The translations under genes were made by a program, and so were the position numbers. A model generated the notes under the pieces. That model had not been told where the DNA came from. It did not search any database and saw nothing but the letters and a program-made list of their open reading frames with translations. A DNA stretch of 37,555 bases from a virus (lineage: Duplodnaviria; Caudoviricetes): IMG/VR virus record IMGVR_UViG_3300020042_007729, positions 1-37,555 of that record; one strand, written 5' to 3'. How positions within the stretch are numbered: position 1 is the first letter of the stretch; each line of letters begins with the position of its first letter. Below are positions 26,756-35,020 of the stretch, piece after piece.

Positions 26756-27056
26756 CAACATCATCACGGACCAGGGCGACTACGTCGGCACGATCCCGGA
26801 CGAGCGCTACCGCTCCCGGATCCTGGAAAGCTACAACAGCATCCGGGTGGCAGAACTGGAGGAGCGGATCGAGGAGCTCGAGGAGGACCTGGAGGGAGCA
26901 GCGGATGAAAGCACCGCGCTGAAAGATGAGATCAGCACCCTGGAAAACGAGATCAGCACCCTGGAAAACGAGATCAAGGACCTGCGCAGCGAGCTGGCGG
27001 AGTACGACGCCACGATTCGGGAGCTGCGGGAAAAACTGGCGCAATATGCCGACTAG
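26721..27056 (+). CDS. Acidic coiled-coil hypothetical protein
   Basis: The C-terminal half is built of heptad repeats. Confidence 0.75.
   Translation: MRDRLQELTGTNNIITDQGDYVGTIPDERYRSRILESYNSIRVAELEERIEELEEDLEGAADESTALKDEISTLENEISTLENEIKDLRSELAEYDATIRELREKLAQYAD
26928..26976 (+). repeat. 21-bp coding tandem repeat (one heptad, EISTLEN, about 2.3 copies)
   Basis: GAGATCAGCACCCTGGAAAAC twice, then GAGATCA. Confidence 0.9.
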
Positions 27057-28431
27057 ATCCGACCTGCACCCCTACCAGATCCACGGGATCGAGCACACCG
27101 AGCAGCACCCCTACAGCGGGCTGTTCCTGGAGATGGGCCTGGGCAAGACGGTCATGAGCCTGACGGCCTGCGACGACCTGCTATACGACAGCTGCCAGAT
27201 CGAGCGCGTCCTGGTGATCGCACCGCTGCGCGTGGCAGAGCACACCTGGAGCACCGAGGCCAGCAAGTGGGACCATTTGAAGCACCTGCGGATCAGCAAG
27301 GTCCTGGGCACCGCGAAGCAACGGATGGCCGCGCTTTGGCGCAAAGCGGACATCTACGTGATCAACCGAGAGAACGTCACCTGGCTGGTGGAATACCTGG
27401 GCCAGGGCCGGCATTGGAAATTTGACATGGTGGTGATTGACGAGCTGAGCAGTTTCAAAAGCCCGAAGGCGGCCAGGTTTAAAGCGCTGCGAAAAGTGCG
27501 CGGTCGGATCCGCAGAGTGATCGGCCTGACCGGCACCCCGGCACCCAACAGCCTGCTGGACCTTTGGCCGCAACTTTACCTGCTGGACCAGGGCCAGCGC
27601 CTGGGGCCGACGGTCACGGGCTACCGCAATCAATACTTTCAACCGGCGTCGACCTTCGGGATGATCGTGACCAAGTACAAGATCAGGAAAGGCGCGGCTG
27701 AGGAGATCCACCGAAAGATCGCGGACATTTGCATCAGCATGAAAGCCAGCGACTACCTGCAGCTACCGGCACGGATCAACGTCACGCACCCGGTCGTGCT
27801 GGGCGAGGAGCTGCAGGAAAGGTACGCGCGGTTTGAAGCGGAGCAGGTGATGCAGATCAGCGGAAAGGAGATCACGGCCGTGAACGCCGGAGCCCTGGTG
27901 ACGAAGCTCCTGCAGTTCACAGGCGGCGCGGTTTACGCGGAGGACAAAGCCTGGGCCTGGATCCACGATAAAAAGCTGGACGTCCTGGAGGACCTGTACG
28001 AAGCGACGCTGGACGAGCCGCTGCTGGTGGCCTACAACTACCAGCACGAGGCCGAGCGGATCCTGGCCAGGTTTCCCGGATCCGTGCAGCTGAAGGGGCC
28101 GCAGGAGATCGACGCCTGGAACCGCGGCGAGCTGAAGATGATGATCGCGCACCCGGCCAGCGCCGGTCACGGGCTGAACCTGCAGCAAGGCGGACGGCGC
28201 GTGGTTTGGTACGGGCTGCCCTGGAGCCTGGAGCTATACCAGCAGTTCATAGCCAGGCTGGACCGCCAAGGCCAGACGATGCCGGTCATGAACCACCTGA
28301 TCACCACCACGGGCACAATAGAGACCGATGTGAAGGACACGCTGACCGGCAAGGCCAAGACCCAGGACGACCTGATAAACGCCGTTAAAGCCCGGATCCG
28401 GGGCCTACAGGCACAAAAACAGACAGCATGA
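27046..28431 (+). CDS. SNF2-family helicase
   Basis: Motifs LHPYQ, EMGLGKT, DELS, LTGTP, GHGLNLQ and RLDRQGQ. ATG 27046 is preferred over 26926. Confidence 0.92.
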   Translation: MPTRSDLHPYQIHGIEHTEQHPYSGLFLEMGLGKTVMSLTACDDLLYDSCQIERVLVIAPLRVAEHTWSTEASKWDHLKHLRISKVLGTAKQRMAALWRKADIYVINRENVTWLVEYLGQGRHWKFDMVVIDELSSFKSPKAARFKALRKVRGRIRRVIGLTGTPAPNSLLDLWPQLYLLDQGQRLGPTVTGYRNQYFQPASTFGMIVTKYKIRKGAAEEIHRKIADICISMKASDYLQLPARINVTHPVVLGEELQERYARFEAEQVMQISGKEITAVNAGALVTKLLQFTGGAVYAEDKAWAWIHDKKLDVLEDLYEATLDEPLLVAYNYQHEAERILARFPGSVQLKGPQEIDAWNRGELKMMIAHPASAGHGLNLQQGGRRVVWYGLPWSLELYQQFIARLDRQGQTMPVMNHLITTTGTIETDVKDTLTGKAKTQDDLINAVKARIRGLQAQKQTA

Positions 28432-28679
28432 GCTTAAAAGAGGATTGCCGCTACGTAGCGGTGCTGGAGATCACGGGCGAATTTACGGTCCAAAGCACAC
28501 CCCGACGACTGGACCGGGCGCTGTTGTGGATCCAGGAAAAACGGAAATTTCATAAACGCATCCTGGCCAGGAAAGCATACCAGATTTACCTACTGACCAG
28601 GGGCATAAACCAAGACCGACATGGGCAAACAAAAACAGCTAAAAAAGCTAAAACGGATGGCGGCAGCGCTGCCTTCTGA
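28428..28679 (+). CDS. Hypothetical protein
   Basis: 83 aa, basic, with an ATGA overlap with the helicase. Confidence 0.55.
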   Translation: MSLKEDCRYVAVLEITGEFTVQSTPRRLDRALLWIQEKRKFHKRILARKAYQIYLLTRGINQDRHGQTKTAKKAKTDGGSAAF

Positions 28680-28929
28680 GACCGAGACACACACCGAGAG
28701 CATCGCCGCCACGGGCCGCGAACTACTGGCCAAAGGCATCAAACAGGTGAAGATGCCCACAGGCATGGAGCCCGTAAAAGCACACAAGACTTACAACCTG
28801 CGCGGCCAGGTGGACCGACCCGTGGACCACAAAGCCAAGCTGAAGCAGGCCTACCTGAGAGGAGGTGCCAGCGCCGTGGCCGACTACCTGAGAAACCGAT
28901 TACCAACCGACAAAACCAACCAAGCATGA
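28621..28929 (+). CDS. Basic hypothetical protein
   Basis: 102-aa ORF whose stop overlaps the next ATG. Confidence 0.65.
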   Translation: MGKQKQLKKLKRMAAALPSETETHTESIAATGRELLAKGIKQVKMPTGMEPVKAHKTYNLRGQVDRPVDHKAKLKQAYLRGGASAVADYLRNRLPTDKTNQA

Positions 28930-29885
28930 ACGAGCAGCAACAATGGCTGGACGAGATGATCGATCTGGCCGAAAGCCTGGGCAAAAGCAACATCGACGCC
29001 GTGGTGATGAGCCCCGAGATGGCGATGGCGATCTTTCAGACGACTTTTGTAATTTCATACCGGGGCTACCAGGTCCTGGTCCTGGAGGGACGCAGAACCG
29101 AAATCATTTTAACCAACAAAAAAGCATTTCTTGAACATTTTACACCTGATTTTCCTGTTGGCCGCTACCCAACAACCGAGGGCGGACACCCTGAGACCGG
29201 ACAACCACAAGTGGACGCCGGTGATCGAGCACAGGACGACCTGCAAGATCAGGACCGGGCCGTGGCAGCGGCGCGGGAGATTTTACAGACGGGTGCGGAT
29301 CTGCAAACAGCACCCGGTGAAACAGAGCCAGTGCAGGTACCGGCCCTGGTGAGGATCCACGCGCACATACCGGAAAAACGGGAGTGGAGCAGGGACAAGA
29401 TCGCGCTGATTTTGATCCTGGTCCTGTCCCTGCTGGTGGCCCTAAGCAGCTGCAGCACGGCGTCGGACCGCAACGAGCGGATCACGGTGGACTACCAGCT
29501 GACCACGGGAGACCATGGCCAGGGCACCTGGATCCTGCCAGACGACGCCCGGATCCTGGTGCGCACCGGCAGAGGCTACACCAACCTGGAATGGGAGGCG
29601 GGCGGCCTGACCGGGCTGCAGAAGGAAGGCGGAATCCTGAAAAGCAACGTCGTGGATTTTACCGTTAAACAGCGCACACCGACCAGGGAACAGCGAGAGG
29701 ACCGGGAGATGAGCGGAGGCAGCGTGCTGCTGCTGGCCCTGGGGATCACGCTGGCGCTGGGCCTGGCGCTGCCGGTTTTGATTTACGTGATTGACAGGAT
29801 AGACCCAGCGGAGACGATCAACCGCTGGGCCAATTTCGTATGGGACACGCTGGACCGGCTGACCGGACACAAGCGGGAGCTATAG
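28926..29885 (+). CDS. Hypothetical ORF, probably several in-frame genes including a lipoprotein starting at GTG 29349
   Basis: Internal hydrophobic segment with lipobox LSS-C and a further TM segment near the C-terminus. Confidence 0.55.
   Translation: MNEQQQWLDEMIDLAESLGKSNIDAVVMSPEMAMAIFQTTFVISYRGYQVLVLEGRRTEIILTNKKAFLEHFTPDFPVGRYPTTEGGHPETGQPQVDAGDRAQDDLQDQDRAVAAAREILQTGADLQTAPGETEPVQVPALVRIHAHIPEKREWSRDKIALILILVLSLLVALSSCSTASDRNERITVDYQLTTGDHGQGTWILPDDARILVRTGRGYTNLEWEAGGLTGLQKEGGILKSNVVDFTVKQRTPTREQREDREMSGGSVLLLALGITLALGLALPVLIYVIDRIDPAETINRWANFVWDTLDRLTGHKREL
29131..29352 (+). CDS. Possible nested small secreted basic protein
   Basis: TTG start, signal-like N-terminus, Arg/Cys-rich body. 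The stop overlaps GTG 29349 (GTGA). Confidence 0.4.
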   Translation: MNILHLIFLLAATQQPRADTLRPDNHKWTPVIEHRTTCKIRTGPWQRRGRFYRRVRICKQHPVKQSQCRYRPW

Positions 29886-29888
29886 ACC

Positions 29889-29923
29889 AAAAAAAAGGGC
29901 CGGAGCAATTAAGCCCGGCCCTT
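29889..29923 (-). terminator. Terminator-like hairpin (T-tract on the minus strand) at the early/late boundary
   Basis: A run followed by AAGGGCCGG...CCGGCCCTT. Confidence 0.6.
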
Positions 29924-30031
29924 CAAAACCCGATTCGATCATGAATGCAGGCCACGAAGATCGGGGAAATTCACAGTAGGTGGATAAAAAAAGTTTCCAC
30001 AAACCGAGAAAGCGGCGTAACCTTACGCCCG

Positions 30032-31297
30032 ATGGAGGTGACCAAGCTACCAATCAGCCAGGTTAAGCCGAACCCAAGCAACCCCAGGACGATCACGGAC
30101 GCCAAGTTTAAGCAACTTGTGCAATCGATCCGAGACTTCCCGGAGATGCTGGAGTTACGGCCTATCGTCGTGGACGAAAACAACGTGGCGCTGGGCGGCA
30201 ACATGAGGCTGAAAGCCTGCCTGGAGGCCGGACTAAAAACGGTCCCCGTGGTGCAAGCCTCCCACCTGACACCCGCACAACAGCAAGAATTCATCATCAA
30301 AGACAACGTCGGTTTCGGAGAATGGGACTGGCACCAACTAGCCGACGGCTGGGACCTGGCCAAGATCCAGGACTGGGGCCTGGACATTCCACCGATGGCT
30401 ATCGAAGCCCCGGAGGTGAAGGAGGACGACTACAGCGTCCCGGACCAGATCGATAACGACATCAACCCCGGCGACATTTTCCAGATCGGACCACACCGTT
30501 TGATTTGCGGCGACAGCCGGCAGCCAGAGACCCTGGCCAGGCTGATGGACGGCGCACAGGCGGACCTGGTGCTAACGGACCCACCGTATAACGTCGATTT
30601 TGAGAACTGGGCGACCGGGATGAAGATGGAGAACGACAATATGAGCGACGCGGCCTTTTACGATTTCCTTAGTACAGCCTTTGCCGCGATGTTCGAGGTC
30701 ACCAAGCCAGGAGGAGCCTGGTACGTCTGGCACGCCGACAGCGAAGGGCTGAACTTCCGGCGCGCTTTCGTGGACGCAGGACTGCTGCTGAAGCAATGCC
30801 TGATCTGGAACAAAAAGAGCCTGGTGATGGGCCGCAGCGACTACCAATGGAAACACGAGCCGTGCCTTTACGGCTGGAAACCAGGAGCCGCGCACTATTT
30901 CGTCCCCGAGCGCACCAACGCCACGGTGCTGGAGGACAAGACCGACTACAAGAAAATGAGCAAGCCGGACCTTTTACGCGTGATTGACGAGCTCCTGACC
31001 GGAGATATCAAAACCACGGTCCTGAACGCCGACAAGCCCCTAAAGAACGACCTACACCCAACGATGAAGCCGATCACCCTGATGGGAGAACTGATCAGCA
31101 ACAGCAGCAAATATGGCCAGGTGATCCTGGACGCCTTCGGCGGATCCGGCAGCACGATGGTCGCCGCCCACCAGCTAAAGCGCAAAGCCTACCTGGTGGA
31201 GTTCGACCCGCGCTATTGCGCCGTGATCCTGGACCGGATGGCCAAGCTGGACCCGAGCCTTGAGATAAAACGAACAGGAGGAGAATATGAGTTTTAG
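30032..31297 (+). CDS. ParB-like domain fused to an N4/N6 DNA methyltransferase
   Basis: ParB-like PNPSNPR, RPIVVD and GGNMRLKA. Methyltransferase motifs HRLICGDS, TDPPY, HPTMKP and DAFGGSGST. ATG 30032 is preferred. Confidence 0.92.
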   Translation: MEVTKLPISQVKPNPSNPRTITDAKFKQLVQSIRDFPEMLELRPIVVDENNVALGGNMRLKACLEAGLKTVPVVQASHLTPAQQQEFIIKDNVGFGEWDWHQLADGWDLAKIQDWGLDIPPMAIEAPEVKEDDYSVPDQIDNDINPGDIFQIGPHRLICGDSRQPETLARLMDGAQADLVLTDPPYNVDFENWATGMKMENDNMSDAAFYDFLSTAFAAMFEVTKPGGAWYVWHADSEGLNFRRAFVDAGLLLKQCLIWNKKSLVMGRSDYQWKHEPCLYGWKPGAAHYFVPERTNATVLEDKTDYKKMSKPDLLRVIDELLTGDIKTTVLNADKPLKNDLHPTMKPITLMGELISNSSKYGQVILDAFGGSGSTMVAAHQLKRKAYLVEFDPRYCAVILDRMAKLDPSLEIKRTGGEYEF

Positions 31298-31748
31298 CGA
31301 CGCAGACAGGAAAGTGGCCAACGAAAAAAGCCTGGCGACGCGCAGAAGCAAAAGCAACGAGCTAAAAAAAGCCATGCTGGAGGCGCTGGAAAAAAGCCTT
31401 GGCGTGGTCACCCAGGCAGCAAGGACCCTGGGCATCGACCGCGACCAGCACTACAAGTGGATGAACAGCGACCCGAGGTACAAAGCCAGGGTGGAGGAGC
31501 TGCAGGAGGTGGCGCTGGACTTTGCAGAAAGCAAGCTGCACCAAAGCATCCAGAACGGCAGCGACACGGCCACGATCTTCTTCCTCAAGACCAAGGGCAA
31601 GAAACGAGGCTACATCGAAAGGACCGAGCTGGAGATGACCGGCCAGATGAGCGTAAACTGGGAAGAAACCAAAACATACGAACAACCGCATGATTCTGAC
31701 AGTCAAACAGACCAAAGCGCTGGATTACCTGGAGGATCGGCAGACTAG
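31287..31748 (+). CDS. terS: Terminase small subunit
   Basis: KKAMLEALEKSLGVVTQA (HTH) and TIFFLKTKGKKRGYIE, immediately upstream of TerL. Confidence 0.8.
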   Translation: MSFSDADRKVANEKSLATRRSKSNELKKAMLEALEKSLGVVTQAARTLGIDRDQHYKWMNSDPRYKARVEELQEVALDFAESKLHQSIQNGSDTATIFFLKTKGKKRGYIERTELEMTGQMSVNWEETKTYEQPHDSDSQTDQSAGLPGGSAD

Positions 31749-33084
31749 GGAGCTATACTACGGAGGAGCAGCGGGAGGAGGCAAAAGCGCCCTAGGCGGG
31801 TACTGGGAGCTCAAAAACGCGATCAAGTACCCAGGGAGCAGGTGGCTGATGGGACGAGCGGAGCTCAAGAACCTGAAGAAAACCACGCTCCAGACGTTCT
31901 TTGAAGTGGCCAAAATGCAAGGGCTGAAAGCCGGGTTCCACTACCGCTACAGCAGCCAGGACAGCGTGGTCTATTTGCCCAACGGCAGCCAGATCATTCT
32001 GGCGGACCTTTTCGCCTACCCAGCGGATCCGGAGTTTGATAGCCTTGGGTCGCTGGAGATCACCGGAGCCTTCGTGGACGAAGCCCCGCAGATCACCGAG
32101 AAGGCCAAGAACATCGTCATTTCACGGATCCGCTACGGCCTGAAGCGATGGTGCCACACCTGCGGAGATCAGCGCAAAGCAACGGTCCTGGAGACCGACG
32201 CCAACGGAGAGCCGGTGCGGTGGATTTGCGGCCGAAAGCACGAGACCAGGGGCCTGATGCCCAAGATCCTGCTGACCGGTAACCCAAGTAAAAACTGGGC
32301 TTATTACCAGTTTTACCTGGCCAGCAAGGACAACACGCTGAGAGAGGACCGGAAGTTTATACAGGCCCTGGTGACCGACAACAAGCACGTGCCGGCAGAG
32401 TACATTCAGAGCTTGAAAAGCCTGGACAAAAACAGCCGGGAACGACTGCTGAACGGGAACTGGGAATACGACGACGACCCGGCCAGCCTGATCGACTACG
32501 ACAAGATCCTGCAGGTTTTCAAGAACGATCACCTGCCGTGGGGCATCGGATGGCTGACCTGCGACGTGGCCAGGTTTGGCAAGGACACCACGGTCATCGG
32601 CGTCTGGTTTGGTTTTAGGGTAACCTTTCACCGCTACCAGGGCCTCAAGACGACCGAGGTAGCGGGCAAGATCCGGGAATTGCAGCGAAAGCACAAGATA
32701 CCCAGCAACCGGGTCATCGTGGACGAGGACGGCGTGGGTGGCGGCGTGGTGGACCAGCTGGGATGCCAGGGTTTCGTGAACGGATCCAGCCCGATAGGCG
32801 GGGAGAACTTCAACCATTTGAAAAGCCAGTGCTACTTTAAGCTGGCGGAGCGGATCAACCAGGGAGGCCTGCTGATCCAGGAGGAGAACTACAGCACGAA
32901 GGCCCTGATCATAGAGGAGCTGGAGCAGGTAAAACAAGACAAGATGGACCATGACGGCAAGCGCCAAGTGGTCCCCAAACATAAAGTGAAGGAGTACATC
33001 GGGAGATCGCCGGATTACAGCGACGCCCTGATGATGCGGGAATACGGAGAGCTGGTCGGAGCGCCGGACTTTTTTATAATTTGA
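31690..33084 (+). CDS. terL: Terminase large subunit
   Basis: Walker A YGGAAGGGKS, Walker B AFVDE, coupling motif TGNP, nuclease motifs DVARFGKD and SPDYSDA. Confidence 0.95.
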   Translation: MILTVKQTKALDYLEDRQTRELYYGGAAGGGKSALGGYWELKNAIKYPGSRWLMGRAELKNLKKTTLQTFFEVAKMQGLKAGFHYRYSSQDSVVYLPNGSQIILADLFAYPADPEFDSLGSLEITGAFVDEAPQITEKAKNIVISRIRYGLKRWCHTCGDQRKATVLETDANGEPVRWICGRKHETRGLMPKILLTGNPSKNWAYYQFYLASKDNTLREDRKFIQALVTDNKHVPAEYIQSLKSLDKNSRERLLNGNWEYDDDPASLIDYDKILQVFKNDHLPWGIGWLTCDVARFGKDTTVIGVWFGFRVTFHRYQGLKTTEVAGKIRELQRKHKIPSNRVIVDEDGVGGGVVDQLGCQGFVNGSSPIGGENFNHLKSQCYFKLAERINQGGLLIQEENYSTKALIIEELEQVKQDKMDHDGKRQVVPKHKVKEYIGRSPDYSDALMMREYGELVGAPDFFII

Positions 33085-33094
33085 CACAGGAACC

Positions 33095-34519
33095 ATGGGC
33101 ATAATTGACAGGTTAAGAGCAAAGCAGCAAGGGCCGGCCCCAGAGGCCAAAAGCCTGGATCCGAATACGGGCGGCGTCATGATTGGCACCATTCCGGTCG
33201 GAGCAGCCGCCCTGGGCACCTACGGCAGCGGAGCCTTCGTGAAGGCCTACCGGAGCAGCGCGGACCTTTACAGCGTGGCCAGTTTCCTGGTGCGCAAGAT
33301 GGCCAGCATACCCTGGTACGTTTACACCCAGAACGAGGGCACCAAGGCCAAGACGGCCCTGCGCAAATACCAGACGCTGACCAAGGGCACGATGACAGAC
33401 GCCGTCTTTCAGCGAGCCATGGTGGAGCGCAAAGCAGCCTACGACGAAAACCAGATCCTGGACGACAAGACCGGACTGGGACGCCTGATGGCCAGGCCCA
33501 ACGACAACCAGGGCCAAGATCAGTTTTTTGAGGCGGCCTTTGGCTACCGGGTGCTGAGCGGCGAGGCCAACATCTGGGGAAACAGCGGCAAGGATCCGCA
33601 AGGCGAGATCGTGGAGATGCAGGTGCTACCTACCCAGTTCGTGGAGGACTACTACGACCCTAAGGACCTGTTCGGGATCCTGGGCTACAAGCTGAACGTC
33701 GGCGGATCGATCAACATACCGAAGGAGAACCTGCTCCGGTGGAAAAACTGGCGGCCGGACTTCGACGCAGCAACCAGGATCCACATGAGAGGCCTGTCGA
33801 TCGTGGAGGTGGGCTGGAAAACCTACCTGATGAACGACTACGGCAGCGACGCCACGGCCAACATGCTGAAAAACGGAGGAGCCAAGGGAGCGCTGAGCCC
33901 CAAGGTGATCAACAACCAATACGCGAAGCTGGACCAGACGCAGCTGGACAAAGCGACGCACTCCGTGAACAAGCGGATCAACGGACTGGAGCACGCCAAC
34001 CAGGTCGGCGTCCTGGCCAGCCCTTACGACTATTTGAACTTCGGCCTAAGCGCCACGGACATGGCCGTGATCGAGATCCTGAACCTGACCCTGGAGCAAT
34101 GGTGCCGGATGCTGGGCCTGCCGCCCGTGCTGTTCAACACCGGCAGCATGGCCGACAACAACTACCAGAACGCGCTCAGGGACCTGGTGACCAACACCGT
34201 GGTGCCGATGCTGGCCAGTTTCAGGGATCAGCTCAACAAGTGGCTGCTGCCCCGTTTCAAAGCCGAAGGGCGCTACTTTATAGACTTTGACATCAGCGCC
34301 CTACCGGAGCTGCAGCGGGACATAGAGAAGCTGGTGAACAGCCTGGCGAAGGCCTACTGGCTGGAGGAGGACGAGAAGCGCGTCATGATGAACTACGAGC
34401 CGAAGGGCGGAGTTTACGCAACGAGCCACGTGCCAGGAGGACTGACACCGATCGAGATGGTGGGTCAGGATATCAGCATACAACCGGAGCCAGATGATGA
34501 GCCGGGAGTGGACTATTGA
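33095..34519 (+). CDS. HK97-family portal protein
   Basis: Motifs ASIPW, RPN, LSGEA, RGLS, KNGG and NKWL...IDFD...LPELQ. Follows TerL. Confidence 0.92.
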   Translation: MGIIDRLRAKQQGPAPEAKSLDPNTGGVMIGTIPVGAAALGTYGSGAFVKAYRSSADLYSVASFLVRKMASIPWYVYTQNEGTKAKTALRKYQTLTKGTMTDAVFQRAMVERKAAYDENQILDDKTGLGRLMARPNDNQGQDQFFEAAFGYRVLSGEANIWGNSGKDPQGEIVEMQVLPTQFVEDYYDPKDLFGILGYKLNVGGSINIPKENLLRWKNWRPDFDAATRIHMRGLSIVEVGWKTYLMNDYGSDATANMLKNGGAKGALSPKVINNQYAKLDQTQLDKATHSVNKRINGLEHANQVGVLASPYDYLNFGLSATDMAVIEILNLTLEQWCRMLGLPPVLFNTGSMADNNYQNALRDLVTNTVVPMLASFRDQLNKWLLPRFKAEGRYFIDFDISALPELQRDIEKLVNSLAKAYWLEEDEKRVMMNYEPKGGVYATSHVPGGLTPIEMVGQDISIQPEPDDEPGVDY

Positions 34520-34703
34520 GGTGGAGGACCGCGGATGCGGGGATTGGCTGGCGTACCACATTTATGACCACAGCCGGCAGCGCAAAGGGGAGGTCTGGAT
34601 CAAGTGGACGTGCAGCGCGGGCCTGGCGGAAATTATGAAGGACCATGAGAGACAAGCAAGACTGGCAGCTGGTTATGGCCCGTTTTCCCAGGCTAAAAAC
34701 TGA
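34494..34703 (+). CDS. Hypothetical protein
   Basis: 69-aa ORF overlapping the end of the portal gene. Confidence 0.5.
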   Translation: MMSREWTIEVEDRGCGDWLAYHIYDHSRQRKGEVWIKWTCSAGLAEIMKDHERQARLAAGYGPFSQAKN

Positions 34704-34842
34704 GAAAACCTGCCGATTGGAGCGGGAAGCCAGGAACAAAGCAAGACTGAGCTATTACGAAACAATACAACGACTGAAGCATGAAAACGGTAACCATTTG
34801 GACCAAAACAGGCCTGAGATTCAGCTACGAGCTGCGCGGTGA
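34645..34842 (+). CDS. Hypothetical protein
   Basis: 65-aa basic helical ORF overlapping both neighbours. Confidence 0.55.
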   Translation: MRDKQDWQLVMARFPRLKTEKTCRLEREARNKARLSYYETIQRLKHENGNHLDQNRPEIQLRAAR

Positions 34843-35020
34843 GGAGGACAAGGTGGAACTTTACGCGGACATTTTACACGTTCGCGGCTGGGCCCACGAA
34901 TACACGGAGATAGAGACCGACAGCGGCAAGATCAGGACGACCGACAGAGAGGAGAAAGTGGAGGCATTTACGACCTGGTCGGAGGTGCTGCATTACGAGA
35001 TAGCAGAACAAACAGCATGA
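34781..35020 (+). CDS. Hypothetical protein
   Basis: 79 aa, with its stop overlapping the ATG of the MuF gene. Confidence 0.65.
   Translation: MKTVTIWTKTGLRFSYELRGEEDKVELYADILHVRGWAHEYTEIETDSGKIRTTDREEKVEAFTTWSEVLHYEIAEQTA

Noticed and set aside
30016-30031. CGTAACCTTACG as a late promoter before the ParB-methyltransferase
   Set aside because: It has two mismatches to TAnnTTTG. The position is plausible but the match is too weak to call.
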